Source of the DNA: Nitrospiraceae bacterium
GTDB lineage: Bacteria; Nitrospirota; Nitrospiria; Nitrospirales; Nitrospiraceae
Length of the DNA: 64,000 nucleotides
Direction of reading: 5' to 3'
NCBI GenBank assembly: GCA_050246315.1
Contig: JBFWWG010000003.1
Location: 32,001 to 96,000, forward strand
Under the pieces are notes generated by a model that saw nothing but the letters and a program-made list of their open reading frames with translations, did not search any database and had not been told where the DNA came from. Below are positions 1 through 9,537 of this stretch, piece after piece; position 1 is the stretch's first letter; each line of letters begins with the position of its first letter. The translations under genes were made by a program, and so were the position numbers.

Positions 1-1097
1 CGATCCTTGTCTACCGAGGGCGGGATGATCGAGGCATAGAACTCATCCGCCTCGCGCTTGCGGTCCGCGACCATCCGTTCGTAGCGATCGCCGAAGGGGG
101 CGCTGCTCTTGGAGCCGGCGGTTTCGCTCGGCGCCACGCTGCTCAGGCGCAAACGGATGACCGTGGATTGACCGGCTTCGATCGCGAGATGATAGTGCGC
201 GGCCGCTTTGGTCCCCGTGCGGTAGGGGTTGACGGCGTCGGCCTTCCCATGGACCAGGAAATTGTTGATTCCGTCTTTGACATAGGGCGTCCGATTGGCC
301 GCGTTAAAGAGGCGCTGCATATTGCTCTCGTTCTCGGTGAACAACAGCGGCACGTCACCCTCACAGTACAGGTATCTGTCTCCCAGCTCGGGATGCGATG
401 CGGCCATAACGCTGACACGAGGGGGACCCGCTGCCTGTTCCATGTCCGGCTTGACGGCATTCTGCGACCATGACCAGGTGTTCCGAAACCAGAGGGTCGG
501 CAGCACATGCAACGCAGCCCGCTCCGGGCCGCGGTTGTGCACCGTAATCTTGACGAGCACCTCTTCCGGATCTTCTTTGACATACTCCACGAAGACATCG
601 AAGTACCGGTCCTCGTCGAAGATGCCGGTATCCAGCAACTCGTATTCCATTTCCTCTCTGGTCCGCGCCCGATTGCCTTTCACGAGATCCTCGTAAGGAA
701 AGGCGGCTTGCGGATACTTATAGAGGTACTTCATGTAGGAATGCGTCGGCGTGCTGTCCAGGTAGAAATAGTACTCCTTCACGTCCTCGCCGTGGTTCCC
801 TTCGCTGTTGGTCAGGCCGAACAGCCGCTCCTTGAGAATCGGGTCCTTGCCGTTCCAGAGGGCCAGCGCGAAGCAGAGCCGTTGCTTGTCGTCTGAAAAC
901 CCGGCCAGGCCGTCCTCCCCCCAGCGATAGGCTCTGGATCTGGCCTGATCGTGGGTAAAATAGTCCCAGGCATTCCCGTCGTGGCTGTAATCCTCCCGAA
1001 CCGTCCCCCATTGCCGCTCGCTCAGATAGGGCCCCCATTTGCGCCATGGGACATTTTCTTCACGAGCTGCATCCAATCGCTTGGCTTCCTCGGTCAT
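1..1097 (-). CDS. MGH1-like / GH63-type glucosidase, N-terminal part (continues beyond the left edge)
   Basis: Frame read by hand from ATG 1097 (AAGGAGG RBS upstream): [38 protein letters not shown]...[31 protein letters not shown]...[10 protein letters not shown]...EADEFY. Absent from the ORF track, consistent with no stop inside the window. Confidence 0.85.
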   Translation of the reverse strand, partial: MTEEAKRLDAAREENVPWRKWGPYLSERQWGTVREDYSHDGNAWDYFTHDQARSRAYRWGEDGLAGFSDDKQRLCFALALWNGKDPILKERLFGLTNSEGNHGEDVKEYYFYLDSTPTHSYMKYLYKYPQAAFPYEDLVKGNRARTREEMEYELLDTGIFDEDRYFDVFVEYVKEDPEEVLVKITVHNRGPERAALHVLPTLWFRNTWSWSQNAVKPDMEQAAGPPRVSVMAASHPELGDRYLYCEGDVPLLFTENESNMQRLFNAANRTPYVKDGINNFLVHGKADAVNPYRTGTKAAAHYHLAIEAGQSTVIRLRLSSVAPSETAGSKSSAPFGDRYERMVADRKREADEFYASIIPPSVDKD

Positions 1098-1465
1098 GAC
1101 CTACCTCCTTGGTCCTGGTGCCCCACGACAACCCGGTGCACCGACGGCCGATCCCGTCTCACTCCGGGCCGACTTGCGCATTCTACTTGTCCATCCGAAC
1201 AACTGCTACTGTCAGTTTTGACAGTCTGTTCCGCAGGTTCTGAGCTCGCGACCTCGGGTAGTTTCCCTCCCTGCCAAGAGAGGCAACCAGGGGGAGGACC
1301 GAATCGACAGCCAACTCCGACGCCTCCTCATGGCATCAGCTTTGAACGAAGCGTCAGGGGTTGTTCGAGCGCATCCGCGCCATGCGCACATCGACAGAAT
1401 GGCGATCAGCCGTGAGGAGACGGCATCGTCATGTTTGCGCTTCTGTGAAATATCTCCTTGGATCG

Positions 1466-1599
1466 AGCAGGTTGCGGAAAGACCTTCCGTTCATCCTTCG
1501 AGGGCCTCAGGACGAACGGAGCGGTCGTTGAATACAATGGGATTTTCCGATCCTGCCGAGCCTGTCGAACCACACACAGCGAGTTTTCCGCAGGCTGCT
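1466..1599. mobile_element. MITE/REP-like palindromic element, family B
   Basis: Terminal IRs AGCAGGTTGCGGAAA / TTTCCGCAGGCTGCT (13/15); internal CTTCGA-CTCAG-CGAACGG core; its reverse complement aligns along its length with 41839-41974. Confidence 0.7.
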
Positions 1600-1644
1600 G
1601 GAGATGGATCGTGAGCGAGTAAGGGACAGGTAGCCGTCATCGAG

Positions 1645-1660
1645 TGGCATGTGTTTTGAA
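1645..1660 (+). promoter_or_regulatory. Possible sigma-54 (-24/-12) promoter
   Basis: TGGCAT-N5-TTGAA about 95 nt upstream of the DUF2235 start; correct spacing but GA instead of GC at -12. Confidence 0.3.
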
Positions 1661-1754
1661 TGGCAGGAAGACGAACGGAGGGTTTGATCACCGACATTTG
1701 GCAGGCGATAGAGGTCAACGCACAAGACACAGGCTCTGACGAGGGAGGGCAGAC

Positions 1755-2909
1755 ATGGCGAAGACGATCGTGTTTTGCGCCGACGGAACCTGGAACAATC
1801 CATACGAGGACGAAACCGCTGATCATCCGGCGGATCCGACGAATGTCTATAAGCTCTTCCTTTGTCTCGCCGGCTCGCTCTCGTACGATTCTTTGCTGAA
1901 TGCCGATGAACAGGAAAAGACACTCGCCGAGAATGGGCGGACTCGACAGGTTGCCAAGTACCTTCACGGCGTTGGAGATTCGCGCAACCCTATCAACAAG
2001 CTCCTGGGAGGCGCATTTGGCGCAGGAATTATTTCTCGCATCGTGCGAGGCTATACGTTTATTTCCAGGAATTACGCGCCGGGCGACGATATCGTCATCG
2101 TCGGGTTCAGCCGCGGCGCCTATACGGCACGGGCCTTGGCCGGCTTGATTGCGTCACAAGGCCTGCTGAGCCCGCAGATCACAGGCGATCGAGAACGGGC
2201 CTACCGATGCGGCGCTGAAACGTGGTATCGCTACCGCCAGACGACGATGGCCAAGCCATCCGGCCTTGCCCATCTGGCTGAAATCGTGAGCGATCTTCCG
2301 GCCTTTGTCTCCAGCCGCTCACTCAAGGATGGAGACTTCACCGCAATCGACCGCATCGCCTCCGTTGCGGTCTGGGACACCGTGGGGGCCATGGGATTTC
2401 CGGATTATGAGGGCAGGGGCAATCGCGTGGACGCCTTTAAGTTTGTGAATACCCAATTGAGTCGGAAAGTGGACCATGGGTTCCATGCGGTGGCACTGGA
2501 TGAACGACGCGATGATTTTAAGCCGACGCTGTGGGATCCTGCGACCAATGTCGTCCAGCTCCTCTTTCCCGGCGCCCACGCGGATGTCGGAGGAGGGTAC
2601 CCCACCGCTCATGGCGAGAGCGGCCTGTCGGACGGCGCCCTGAAATGGATGATTGCGAACCTCGCCCAGATCGGTGTGAACGTCTTACCGTCTCCTCCTT
2701 GTTCGATCAATCCCGATCCGCAAGGCACGGCTCATCAGCCATGGGCGCACGCGCCATGGAATCTCCCGGGCATCTCATTAGGACCGAGAAGTTTCCCTGC
2801 CGGCATGAAACAAGACCCCTCGATCGCAGCACGCATGGCGGCAATCTCGGCCGTCGCCGAGCCGGGAGCACCCCCGATGCCATACCGGCCGACGAATCTT
2901 CCAGTCTAG
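1755..2909 (+). CDS. DUF2235 (Tle1-like) alpha/beta hydrolase
   Basis: Motifs IVFCADGTWN, YLHGVG, GFSRGA nucleophile elbow, VWDTVG, HAVALDERR, FPGAHADVGGGY; GGAGG RBS. Confidence 0.9.
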   Translation: MAKTIVFCADGTWNNPYEDETADHPADPTNVYKLFLCLAGSLSYDSLLNADEQEKTLAENGRTRQVAKYLHGVGDSRNPINKLLGGAFGAGIISRIVRGYTFISRNYAPGDDIVIVGFSRGAYTARALAGLIASQGLLSPQITGDRERAYRCGAETWYRYRQTTMAKPSGLAHLAEIVSDLPAFVSSRSLKDGDFTAIDRIASVAVWDTVGAMGFPDYEGRGNRVDAFKFVNTQLSRKVDHGFHAVALDERRDDFKPTLWDPATNVVQLLFPGAHADVGGGYPTAHGESGLSDGALKWMIANLAQIGVNVLPSPPCSINPDPQGTAHQPWAHAPWNLPGISLGPRSFPAGMKQDPSIAARMAAISAVAEPGAPPMPYRPTNLPV

Positions 2910-2958
2910 CCCCGCTGTTCCGCTCGTGCCTCCGATCAGGAAGACCTAGCCCTCCCTT

Positions 2959-2998
2959 CGATCACCCTGTCATCCCTACGATCACCCTGTCATCCCTT
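2959..2998. repeat. 20-bp tandem duplication
   Basis: CGATCACCCTGTCATCCCT(A/T) twice, adjacent. Confidence 0.85.
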
Positions 2999-3400
2999 AC
3001 ATTTCGTGCCTCATCCGCTCGTTCATGAATAGTGCACACTGCTGAGGACGTCGGAGCCGATCGCCCAGACGCAGTCGATGCCAAGAACAATCCGACATTC
3101 GTGTTAACACCCGCCTGGATGGCACAGAAAATTGTGTTGTGAAACCGACGGTCTATATGCTACTTGCTAGCCCGTAATAGATAGAATGACAGGTCCTGTT
3201 GTGCATACGAAGCGCCTGCCTGACGCTGGTCTCTACTCGAACAGGATCTCGGAGGGCGGGAGCCCTTTCATCTGAACCTGAACACGTGAGATCATTCATC
3301 CTAAAACCGTTGATTTTGTCCGACAAGTTGTTGCGTCCGAATCATTCTTTGGCCGCTCCGTCGCTGCAAGAAGTGCGACCGAACCAAACCAGCAACTGAA

Positions 3401-4918
3401 ATGGTCCAATTGATTCCCAACGGCCATTCACAGAAGGCCAGTCTCGATAGAGTACTCGTTCATGGCATCGCCTGGGCCGGCGGGATGCGATGGCTGGCCC
3501 AAGGTATCGCCTGGCTCTCTTCACTCATTATCGTCCGCCTGCTCCAACCGGAGGATTACGGTTTGGTGGCGATGGCTGGAACCTACCTGGCACTCGTTCA
3601 ATTGACCTTTGAATTTGGTCTCGGTGCGACAGTGTTGACCAGACCGCTGGACAAGATTCAGCTCGCCCAGATCAACAGTTTTTGCGCCCTGCTCGGCCTT
3701 GGCGGATTTCTCCTTTCTTTGATGGTTTCGGTTCCCATCGCCTTGTTTTTCGATGCCCCTGAATTGCGTTGGGTCGTGGTTGTGATGAGCGTGTCTCTTC
3801 TGCTCTCGGCATTTCGCACCGTTCCATATGCGCTCCTTGAGCGGGAGTTGCGTTTCAAATTCCTTGCAGTGCTGGAGACGGCCCAAGCCTTGATCCAGGC
3901 GTTCTGCATGATATTGTTCGCTTTTTTTGGATTCGGCTATTGGACTCTCGTCTTCGGCGGACTGATCGGCGGGGCGCTGTCAACCGTAGTTGTCGTCATC
4001 AAACACCCCTGCGCCTTCGCTTGGCCCTCCCGACAATCTCTGAGCGGCGGCGCGTTGACATTCGGCTGGCAAGTTCTCGCATCCCGGCTCTCATGGTACG
4101 TGCAAACCCAATCACACTTTCTGATCGGCGGACACCTCTTCGGAACGGCCGCCCTCGGCGCCTACTCGGTCGCATGGTCGCTCGCCAGTTTGCCCGTTGA
4201 AAAGGTCACCGCGTTTGTTGGACGTGTGAGCTTTCCATTTTTCGCCTCCATTCAGAATGATTCCGCCTCGCTGCGGCGCTATTATCTCGGACTGACTGAA
4301 AGCCTCGGCTTGGCGACTTTCGGACCGGCGGTGGGGTTAGCCGTCGTGGCGGAAGAATTTGTTGCCATCGTCCTTGGTGACAAGTGGCTCGGCGCTGTTC
4401 TTCCTCTTCAACTCTTGGCCCTTTCGGCCACCTTCCGATCAATAGACCCGATGCTGGCCCAGCTTCTCTTTGTTCGAAGCGAGGCGGGCTATTACATGCG
4501 CGTCATGATTGTCGCGGCAGTCGCTCTGGTAGGATCATTCGCTTTTCTGAGTCAATGGGGTATTGCCGGGCTCGCCGCCGTCTGGATTGTGGTCTACCCG
4601 TTGACCACTCTGCCGGTGTATCGGCGTGTGTTCCACAGCCTCGAGCTTTCTTGGAAGGAGTTTCTCAAGGCGCTTCAGCCCGCACTCAATGCCTCACTCA
4701 TCATGGCCGTTGTCACGATGGGGTTGAAACTGATCCTTCCAGTGGATTGGCCGATGACGCTTCGGCTGGCGACTGAAGTGCTTACAGGAGGCACCGCTTA
4801 TCTGGGTACCCTCCTGTTGTTCTATGGCGACCGTCTTGCCGCCTTCCGCAACTATGCCGGTTCCTTTCGTAGCCAGCCTATGACCATGCTGCCTGTCGAC
4901 ACGAAACATCCGACATAG
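3401..4918 (+). CDS. wzx: Wzx/WzxC-like polysaccharide flippase (MOP superfamily)
   Basis: About 12-14 hydrophobic helices; RLLQPEDYGLVAM, GFGYWTLVFG and ALGAYSVAWSL motifs typical of WzxC-type proteins. Confidence 0.85.
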   Translation: MVQLIPNGHSQKASLDRVLVHGIAWAGGMRWLAQGIAWLSSLIIVRLLQPEDYGLVAMAGTYLALVQLTFEFGLGATVLTRPLDKIQLAQINSFCALLGLGGFLLSLMVSVPIALFFDAPELRWVVVVMSVSLLLSAFRTVPYALLERELRFKFLAVLETAQALIQAFCMILFAFFGFGYWTLVFGGLIGGALSTVVVVIKHPCAFAWPSRQSLSGGALTFGWQVLASRLSWYVQTQSHFLIGGHLFGTAALGAYSVAWSLASLPVEKVTAFVGRVSFPFFASIQNDSASLRRYYLGLTESLGLATFGPAVGLAVVAEEFVAIVLGDKWLGAVLPLQLLALSATFRSIDPMLAQLLFVRSEAGYYMRVMIVAAVALVGSFAFLSQWGIAGLAAVWIVVYPLTTLPVYRRVFHSLELSWKEFLKALQPALNASLIMAVVTMGLKLILPVDWPMTLRLATEVLTGGTAYLGTLLLFYGDRLAAFRNYAGSFRSQPMTMLPVDTKHPT

Positions 4919-5218
4919 CGAGAAAGGGAATTTTCTCCTCCGGTCGCGCGACCAACAGATTGCCACATGGAGATTGCCGCAGGGCGATGGCGGCGGGTCG
5001 TCGAACCCTTGGCTCTGGCGGTGATCCAGAATGAACGTGCGTAGCCCTTGTATCCGACCGGAAAGACAGACTCGATCGCCGACTCCCGGAAACCGAGCGG
5101 GGGGAGTTTCTCTCTGACTCACGGGCGTCTCCCTCCCTTGGTATTGTGAGCGCCCCTGACCATCAAGGGTTGGGCCGAGGCCGCACCACGATCGACACGC
5201 GAATTCAGACCGGGGACG

Positions 5219-7075
5219 ATGCAACAAAGCAACCAGCCAGAGCACCCTGTCGTGATCATCGGCGCCGGCCCGGCCGGGCTCACAGCGGCGTACCAGCTTG
5301 CCAAGGCCGGTGTCCGGTCCATCGTCCTGGAGAAAGATTCGATGGTCGGCGGGATATCGAGAACCGTTAAATACAAGGGCTACCATTTTGATATTGGAGG
5401 ACACCGTTTTTTCACCAAGGTTCAGGCTGTTGAGAATCTTTGGCGAGAGATGCTTCCTGAGCAGGACTTCCTGCACCGTCAAAGGTTGTCGCGCATCTAC
5501 TACAACCGCAAATTCTTTTTTTATCCGCTCCGGCCTGGTAATGCACTATGGGGACTGGGCCTGTGGAACAGCTTGCTCATCGGCATCAGTTATCTGTGGG
5601 CGCAACTGTTTCCTCAGACTCCAGAGGATAACTTCGAGCGGTGGGTCTCCAATCGGTTCGGCAAACAGCTCTACCGAACCTTTTTCAAGACCTACACGGA
5701 AAAGGTGTGGGGGCTGCCCGCCGACCAAATCGCGGCCGAATGGGCCGCGCAGAGAATTAAGGGGTTGTCATTGCTGGTCGCGGTCAGAAATGCCCTCCTC
5801 AAACAGGACTCGAAAGGCCAGAATGTGGTGAAGACCTTGATCGATTCCTTCCATTATCCCAAGCGCGGCCCGGGGATGATGTGGGAGAACACTGCGGAAC
5901 TGCTTGAGAAAGAAGGCAGCCGCGTCCGTCTGGAGGTTGCGGTCGAACGGATTCATTGGACTCACAATCAGGTGAGGGAAATCGAGATCAAGAGCGGGGG
6001 CGAACGTGAACTTCTGGAGGGCACACACTTCATCAGTAGTATGCCGATTCGGGAACTGATTCAAAAGCTCGACCCGCCTGCGCCGGAGCACGTACTCCAG
6101 GCAGCCGAGCGCCTTCACTATCGAGATTTCCTGACCGTCGCCCTCATCATCAACAAAGACGACCTGTTTCCCGATAATTGGATCTATATCCACGATCCAC
6201 AGGTTCGGGTCGGCCGAATTCAGAATTTCAAGAATTGGAGTCCTCACATGGTTCCCGACCCAACCAAGACCTGTTTGGGACTCGAATACTTCTGCTTCGA
6301 AGGCGATGGATTGTGGACCATGGCCGACAAGGATCTGATCGAACTTGCCAAGGAAGAGCTCGAAGCCATTGGCCTATCCCAGGGGAACGATATCGAGGAT
6401 GGGATGGTGGTCAGAATGCCGAAAGCCTATCCTGTCTATGACGGAACCTACCGCGAAGCCCTGGACCAGATTCGGCGGTTCCTGGAGCGATTTGAAAACC
6501 TTCAAGTCGTCGGTCGAAACGGGATGCATAAATACAACAACCAGGACCATTCTATGTTTACGGCCATGCTCGCCGTTGAGAACATCCTCGGTGCCAGACA
6601 TGATCTCTGGATGGTGAATACCGAGCAGGAGTACCACGAAGAGACCGTCAGCCGGGTGGTAACGCCCAGGTCTCAGATCGAAGCTCTGACGGCGACACAG
6701 CCGCGCGTTCCATTGCCGGCCGTGTCTTCCGTGAGCGATAGTCTGATTTCGACCTTCGCGAAGATGGACAAGCTCGCCTTTGCGACGGCCGTGGGATCCG
6801 TTTCAGGATTGGTGACATTCATGGCGACATTGTGGCTGGTGCTCAAGAGCGGGAGTCCGGTTGGGCCACATCTGGAGCTCCTGCAACAGTTCTTTGCGGG
6901 TTATACGGTGACGGTCGAAGGGGCGTTCGTCGGGTTGGCCTATAGTTTCTTCTGGGCTTTCTTATGGGGATGGTTGTTTGCGTATCTCCGGAATCTATCC
7001 CTTGGATTTGTCGTCTACCGAGCGAAGCGGAAGGTGGAAATGTTGACCTTCCGGGAGTTCTTGGACCATTTTTAA
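5219..7075 (+). CDS. FAD-dependent oxidoreductase (UDP-galactopyranose mutase/HemY-like) with a C-terminal membrane domain
   Basis: IIGAGPAGLTAA Rossmann motif, DIGGHRFFTK, YTEKVWG, GRNGMHKYNNQDHSM; last ~110 aa hydrophobic. Confidence 0.8.
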   Translation: MQQSNQPEHPVVIIGAGPAGLTAAYQLAKAGVRSIVLEKDSMVGGISRTVKYKGYHFDIGGHRFFTKVQAVENLWREMLPEQDFLHRQRLSRIYYNRKFFFYPLRPGNALWGLGLWNSLLIGISYLWAQLFPQTPEDNFERWVSNRFGKQLYRTFFKTYTEKVWGLPADQIAAEWAAQRIKGLSLLVAVRNALLKQDSKGQNVVKTLIDSFHYPKRGPGMMWENTAELLEKEGSRVRLEVAVERIHWTHNQVREIEIKSGGERELLEGTHFISSMPIRELIQKLDPPAPEHVLQAAERLHYRDFLTVALIINKDDLFPDNWIYIHDPQVRVGRIQNFKNWSPHMVPDPTKTCLGLEYFCFEGDGLWTMADKDLIELAKEELEAIGLSQGNDIEDGMVVRMPKAYPVYDGTYREALDQIRRFLERFENLQVVGRNGMHKYNNQDHSMFTAMLAVENILGARHDLWMVNTEQEYHEETVSRVVTPRSQIEALTATQPRVPLPAVSSVSDSLISTFAKMDKLAFATAVGSVSGLVTFMATLWLVLKSGSPVGPHLELLQQFFAGYTVTVEGAFVGLAYSFFWAFLWGWLFAYLRNLSLGFVVYRAKRKVEMLTFREFLDHF

Positions 7076-7103
7076 TAATCTCGCTCGATCGGGAGATTGC
7101 ACC

Positions 7104-7433
7104 ATGCGAAGCTGGACGTCATCAGAGGACGAGAAATTATTCAGCGCGATCCTTCGGTTGAACAGCAAGGTGTTCGGGTTGGTGTTGGGGCTTCTGATCG
7201 GATCGATGATCTTCGTTGCGACCAATTGGCTCGTGATCAAGGGCGGCCATGTAACACCGGAAGGCGAGCATGTGGTCGGACCTCATCTGCAACTCCTCAG
7301 CCAATTCTTTATCGGGTATCGTGTGTCCTTCGTGGGAAGTCTGATCGGATTTGCCTATGGCTTCGCCCTCGGCACGCTGGGAGGCGCGCTCGTCGGATGG
7401 ATTTACAACAGAATCGTCGATCTTCGAAATTGA
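7104..7433 (+). CDS. 109-aa membrane protein, paralog of the C-terminal domain of the upstream oxidoreductase
   Basis: FVATNWLVIKGG...VGPHLQLLSQFFIGYRVS..G..IGFAYGF aligns with FMATLWLVLKSG..VGPHLELLQQFFAGYTVT..G..VGLAYSF; GGGAG RBS. Confidence 0.8.
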   Translation: MRSWTSSEDEKLFSAILRLNSKVFGLVLGLLIGSMIFVATNWLVIKGGHVTPEGEHVVGPHLQLLSQFFIGYRVSFVGSLIGFAYGFALGTLGGALVGWIYNRIVDLRN

Positions 7434-7453
7434 ACACACGCACCGGTACGGCG

Positions 7454-8497
7454 ATGAAATTCGGTCTCATCGGAGCCGGTTGTATCGGCCAGATTCGTGC
7501 ACGGGCACTGGCCAACCTCACCAATTGCTCGCTCGTGGCCATCGCCGATACCGATCCGGTGAGAGCGGGGGCGGTACCGAGAGCGAACGAGATCCACATA
7601 TTGACGGATTATCGGAGCCTCTTGGCCTGCGATGATGTGCAGGCCGTCATCGTTTCCACACCCCCTCAGTTCCACGAAGAGATCGTCATCGCCGCGCTCC
7701 AATCCGGCAAACACGTTCTCTGTGAAAAGCCATTGGGCAACACCGTCGATGCCTGCCGGCGAATGGTCGATGTTTCACGAAGATCGGGGATGACACTCGC
7801 GACAGGGTTTAATCACCGCTACTTTCCTCCGATCCGATATCTCAAGCATGCTATCGACACGGGCCTCATAGGAGAATTGGATCATGTCCGGGCCTTTGCC
7901 GGACACACCGGTCTGTCCGAGTTCAGGAACTCATGGGAGCACGACAAGAAGATCATCGGCGGCGGGGCGTTAATGGACGTCGGCATTCATCTCATCGATT
8001 TGGTTCGCTATCTCTTAGGGGAGGTCGACGAGGTGTACGGATTCGCCTCCAACCGAATCTGGAACTTGGAGAACTCCGAGGATAACGGTATCGCGCTGCT
8101 GCGAAGCCCGCAGGGCAAGCCGGCCATCCTGCAGGCCACATGGACCGAATGGAAGGGATACAGATTTTATCTCGAAGCGTATGGTGACAAGGGTATGGTT
8201 CGGGCCTACTACGCACCGATGATGAATCTCCTGGTTCATCAGGAACGGCCGGGAGCGCCTCGGAAAAGAACTATGCGGTTTTATCCCATGACGATGCTGA
8301 GGGAGAAAGTGTTCGGATGGCAATCGTCGGTCATTCGGATGTTCCAGGAAGAACTCACAGATTTCGTCCGTCTGACCAGGGGAGAAAAGACCGAGGTGGC
8401 GGATGGTTTTGCAGGATTTCGGGCTGTTGAAATTGCGCATGCGGTCTACCGTAGTAGTGAAGCCCATACCGCAATTCGCCTAACGGACCGCTGCTAG
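7454..8497 (+). CDS. Gfo/Idh/MocA family NAD(P)-dependent oxidoreductase
   Basis: MKFGLIGAGCIG, GKHVLCEKP, GFNHRY, GGGALMDVGIH; start moved to ATG 7454. Confidence 0.9.
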   Translation: MKFGLIGAGCIGQIRARALANLTNCSLVAIADTDPVRAGAVPRANEIHILTDYRSLLACDDVQAVIVSTPPQFHEEIVIAALQSGKHVLCEKPLGNTVDACRRMVDVSRRSGMTLATGFNHRYFPPIRYLKHAIDTGLIGELDHVRAFAGHTGLSEFRNSWEHDKKIIGGGALMDVGIHLIDLVRYLLGEVDEVYGFASNRIWNLENSEDNGIALLRSPQGKPAILQATWTEWKGYRFYLEAYGDKGMVRAYYAPMMNLLVHQERPGAPRKRTMRFYPMTMLREKVFGWQSSVIRMFQEELTDFVRLTRGEKTEVADGFAGFRAVEIAHAVYRSSEAHTAIRLTDRC

Positions 8498-8518
8498 CGT
8501 CCGATGTGTTGGATGCCT

Positions 8519-9499
8519 ATGACCACCCACCACCCCGCCGTCACGGACTTCAAGACAAAGGACGCGTCAAGCTACAACGCCGTCGCACAGAGCTTTGACC
8601 GCCTCGTGGCTCACTTGTCCGCTCCGATCGCAGCTCGACTCGTGGAACTTGCCAAACTCGGTCCAGAGGAGCGCGTGCTGGACGTTGGGACAGGAACCGG
8701 AATCGTCGCGCTTCACGCGGCCCGGATGGGGCCGTCCGGGAAGGTCACCGGCGTTGACTTGTCTGCAGGCATGCTTGCAGTGGCAAGACGGAATGCGACA
8801 CGGGGAGGGATGGCGGGACGCGTCGAGTTTCGACGGATGGATGCGGAATCGCTGGCATTCGCGAATGCCTCCTTTCACGCGGTTGTCTCTTTGTTCGCCT
8901 TGCGTCACTTCCCACATCCGGAAACCGCCTTGAGAGAAATGCACCGAGTGCTCCGTCCCGATGGTCGCTTGGTTCTTGCGGTTGGAAGCGGCGCGCCGTG
9001 GCTGTCTGTGCGGGGAGTCGTCCACCGGTTGAAGCTCTTGCCTCAACTCTTGCGTCGCCTCCAAGGGAAGCAACTCGTCGCGTGCGCATTTCTTGACGGC
9101 CTCGTCGAATCGTATATCCCGACTTCACGCAAGGCCGAGGAAGCCGCCTGGACACAAGGGCATAGGCCGATGACACAATCAGTCCCCGCGCTTCTTCGAG
9201 ACGCTGGATTTCAGGATGTTCGCTGGGAGTGGCGAGGACAGCAAACCATCGTCACCACCGCAGAAGAATTTTGGGAGCTCCAAACGACGTTGTCTTCCCT
9301 GTCGAGAAAACGTCTGGCCGAAGCCTCACCCGAGGTCGTGGAGCGTGTGCGGCAGAAATTTATGACCACCTGTCGCGAGGTCGTGTCGCATGGCGGCGAG
9401 CTGGTCTATCCGTCGGGAGCACTCGTGGTGTCGGCTCGCCGGCCTCAAGACGGATCGCTTCGCGAGCCACCACAAGAACGTCGTTGTCCGCAGGGGTAA
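8519..9499 (+). CDS. Class I SAM-dependent methyltransferase (UbiE-like fold)
   Basis: VLDVGTGTG, GVDLSAGML, MDAESL, ALREMHRVLRPDG; start uncertain (8504-8519). Confidence 0.85.
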   Translation: MTTHHPAVTDFKTKDASSYNAVAQSFDRLVAHLSAPIAARLVELAKLGPEERVLDVGTGTGIVALHAARMGPSGKVTGVDLSAGMLAVARRNATRGGMAGRVEFRRMDAESLAFANASFHAVVSLFALRHFPHPETALREMHRVLRPDGRLVLAVGSGAPWLSVRGVVHRLKLLPQLLRRLQGKQLVACAFLDGLVESYIPTSRKAEEAAWTQGHRPMTQSVPALLRDAGFQDVRWEWRGQQTIVTTAEEFWELQTTLSSLSRKRLAEASPEVVERVRQKFMTTCREVVSHGGELVYPSGALVVSARRPQDGSLREPPQERRCPQG

Positions 9500-9537
9500 C
9501 CTCGGATGTCTCCACGGGGAGAGGTCTGGTGCGCGTG

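Noticed and set aside
143..1415. ORF-track calls overlapping the first 1.1 kb
   Set aside because: Shadow frames of the glucosidase gene, whose true frame runs off the window.
3120..3136. TGGCACAGAAAATTGT as a sigma-54 promoter for wzx
   Set aside because: Spacing is off by one and there is no GC at -12.
3040..3400. JUMPstart/ops element upstream of the glycan locus
   Set aside because: No GGCGGTAG-type motif seen.
7097..7453. 119-aa N-terminal extension of the Gfo/Idh/MocA ORF
   Set aside because: Overlaps the credible 109-aa membrane gene in another frame; homology starts at ATG 7454.
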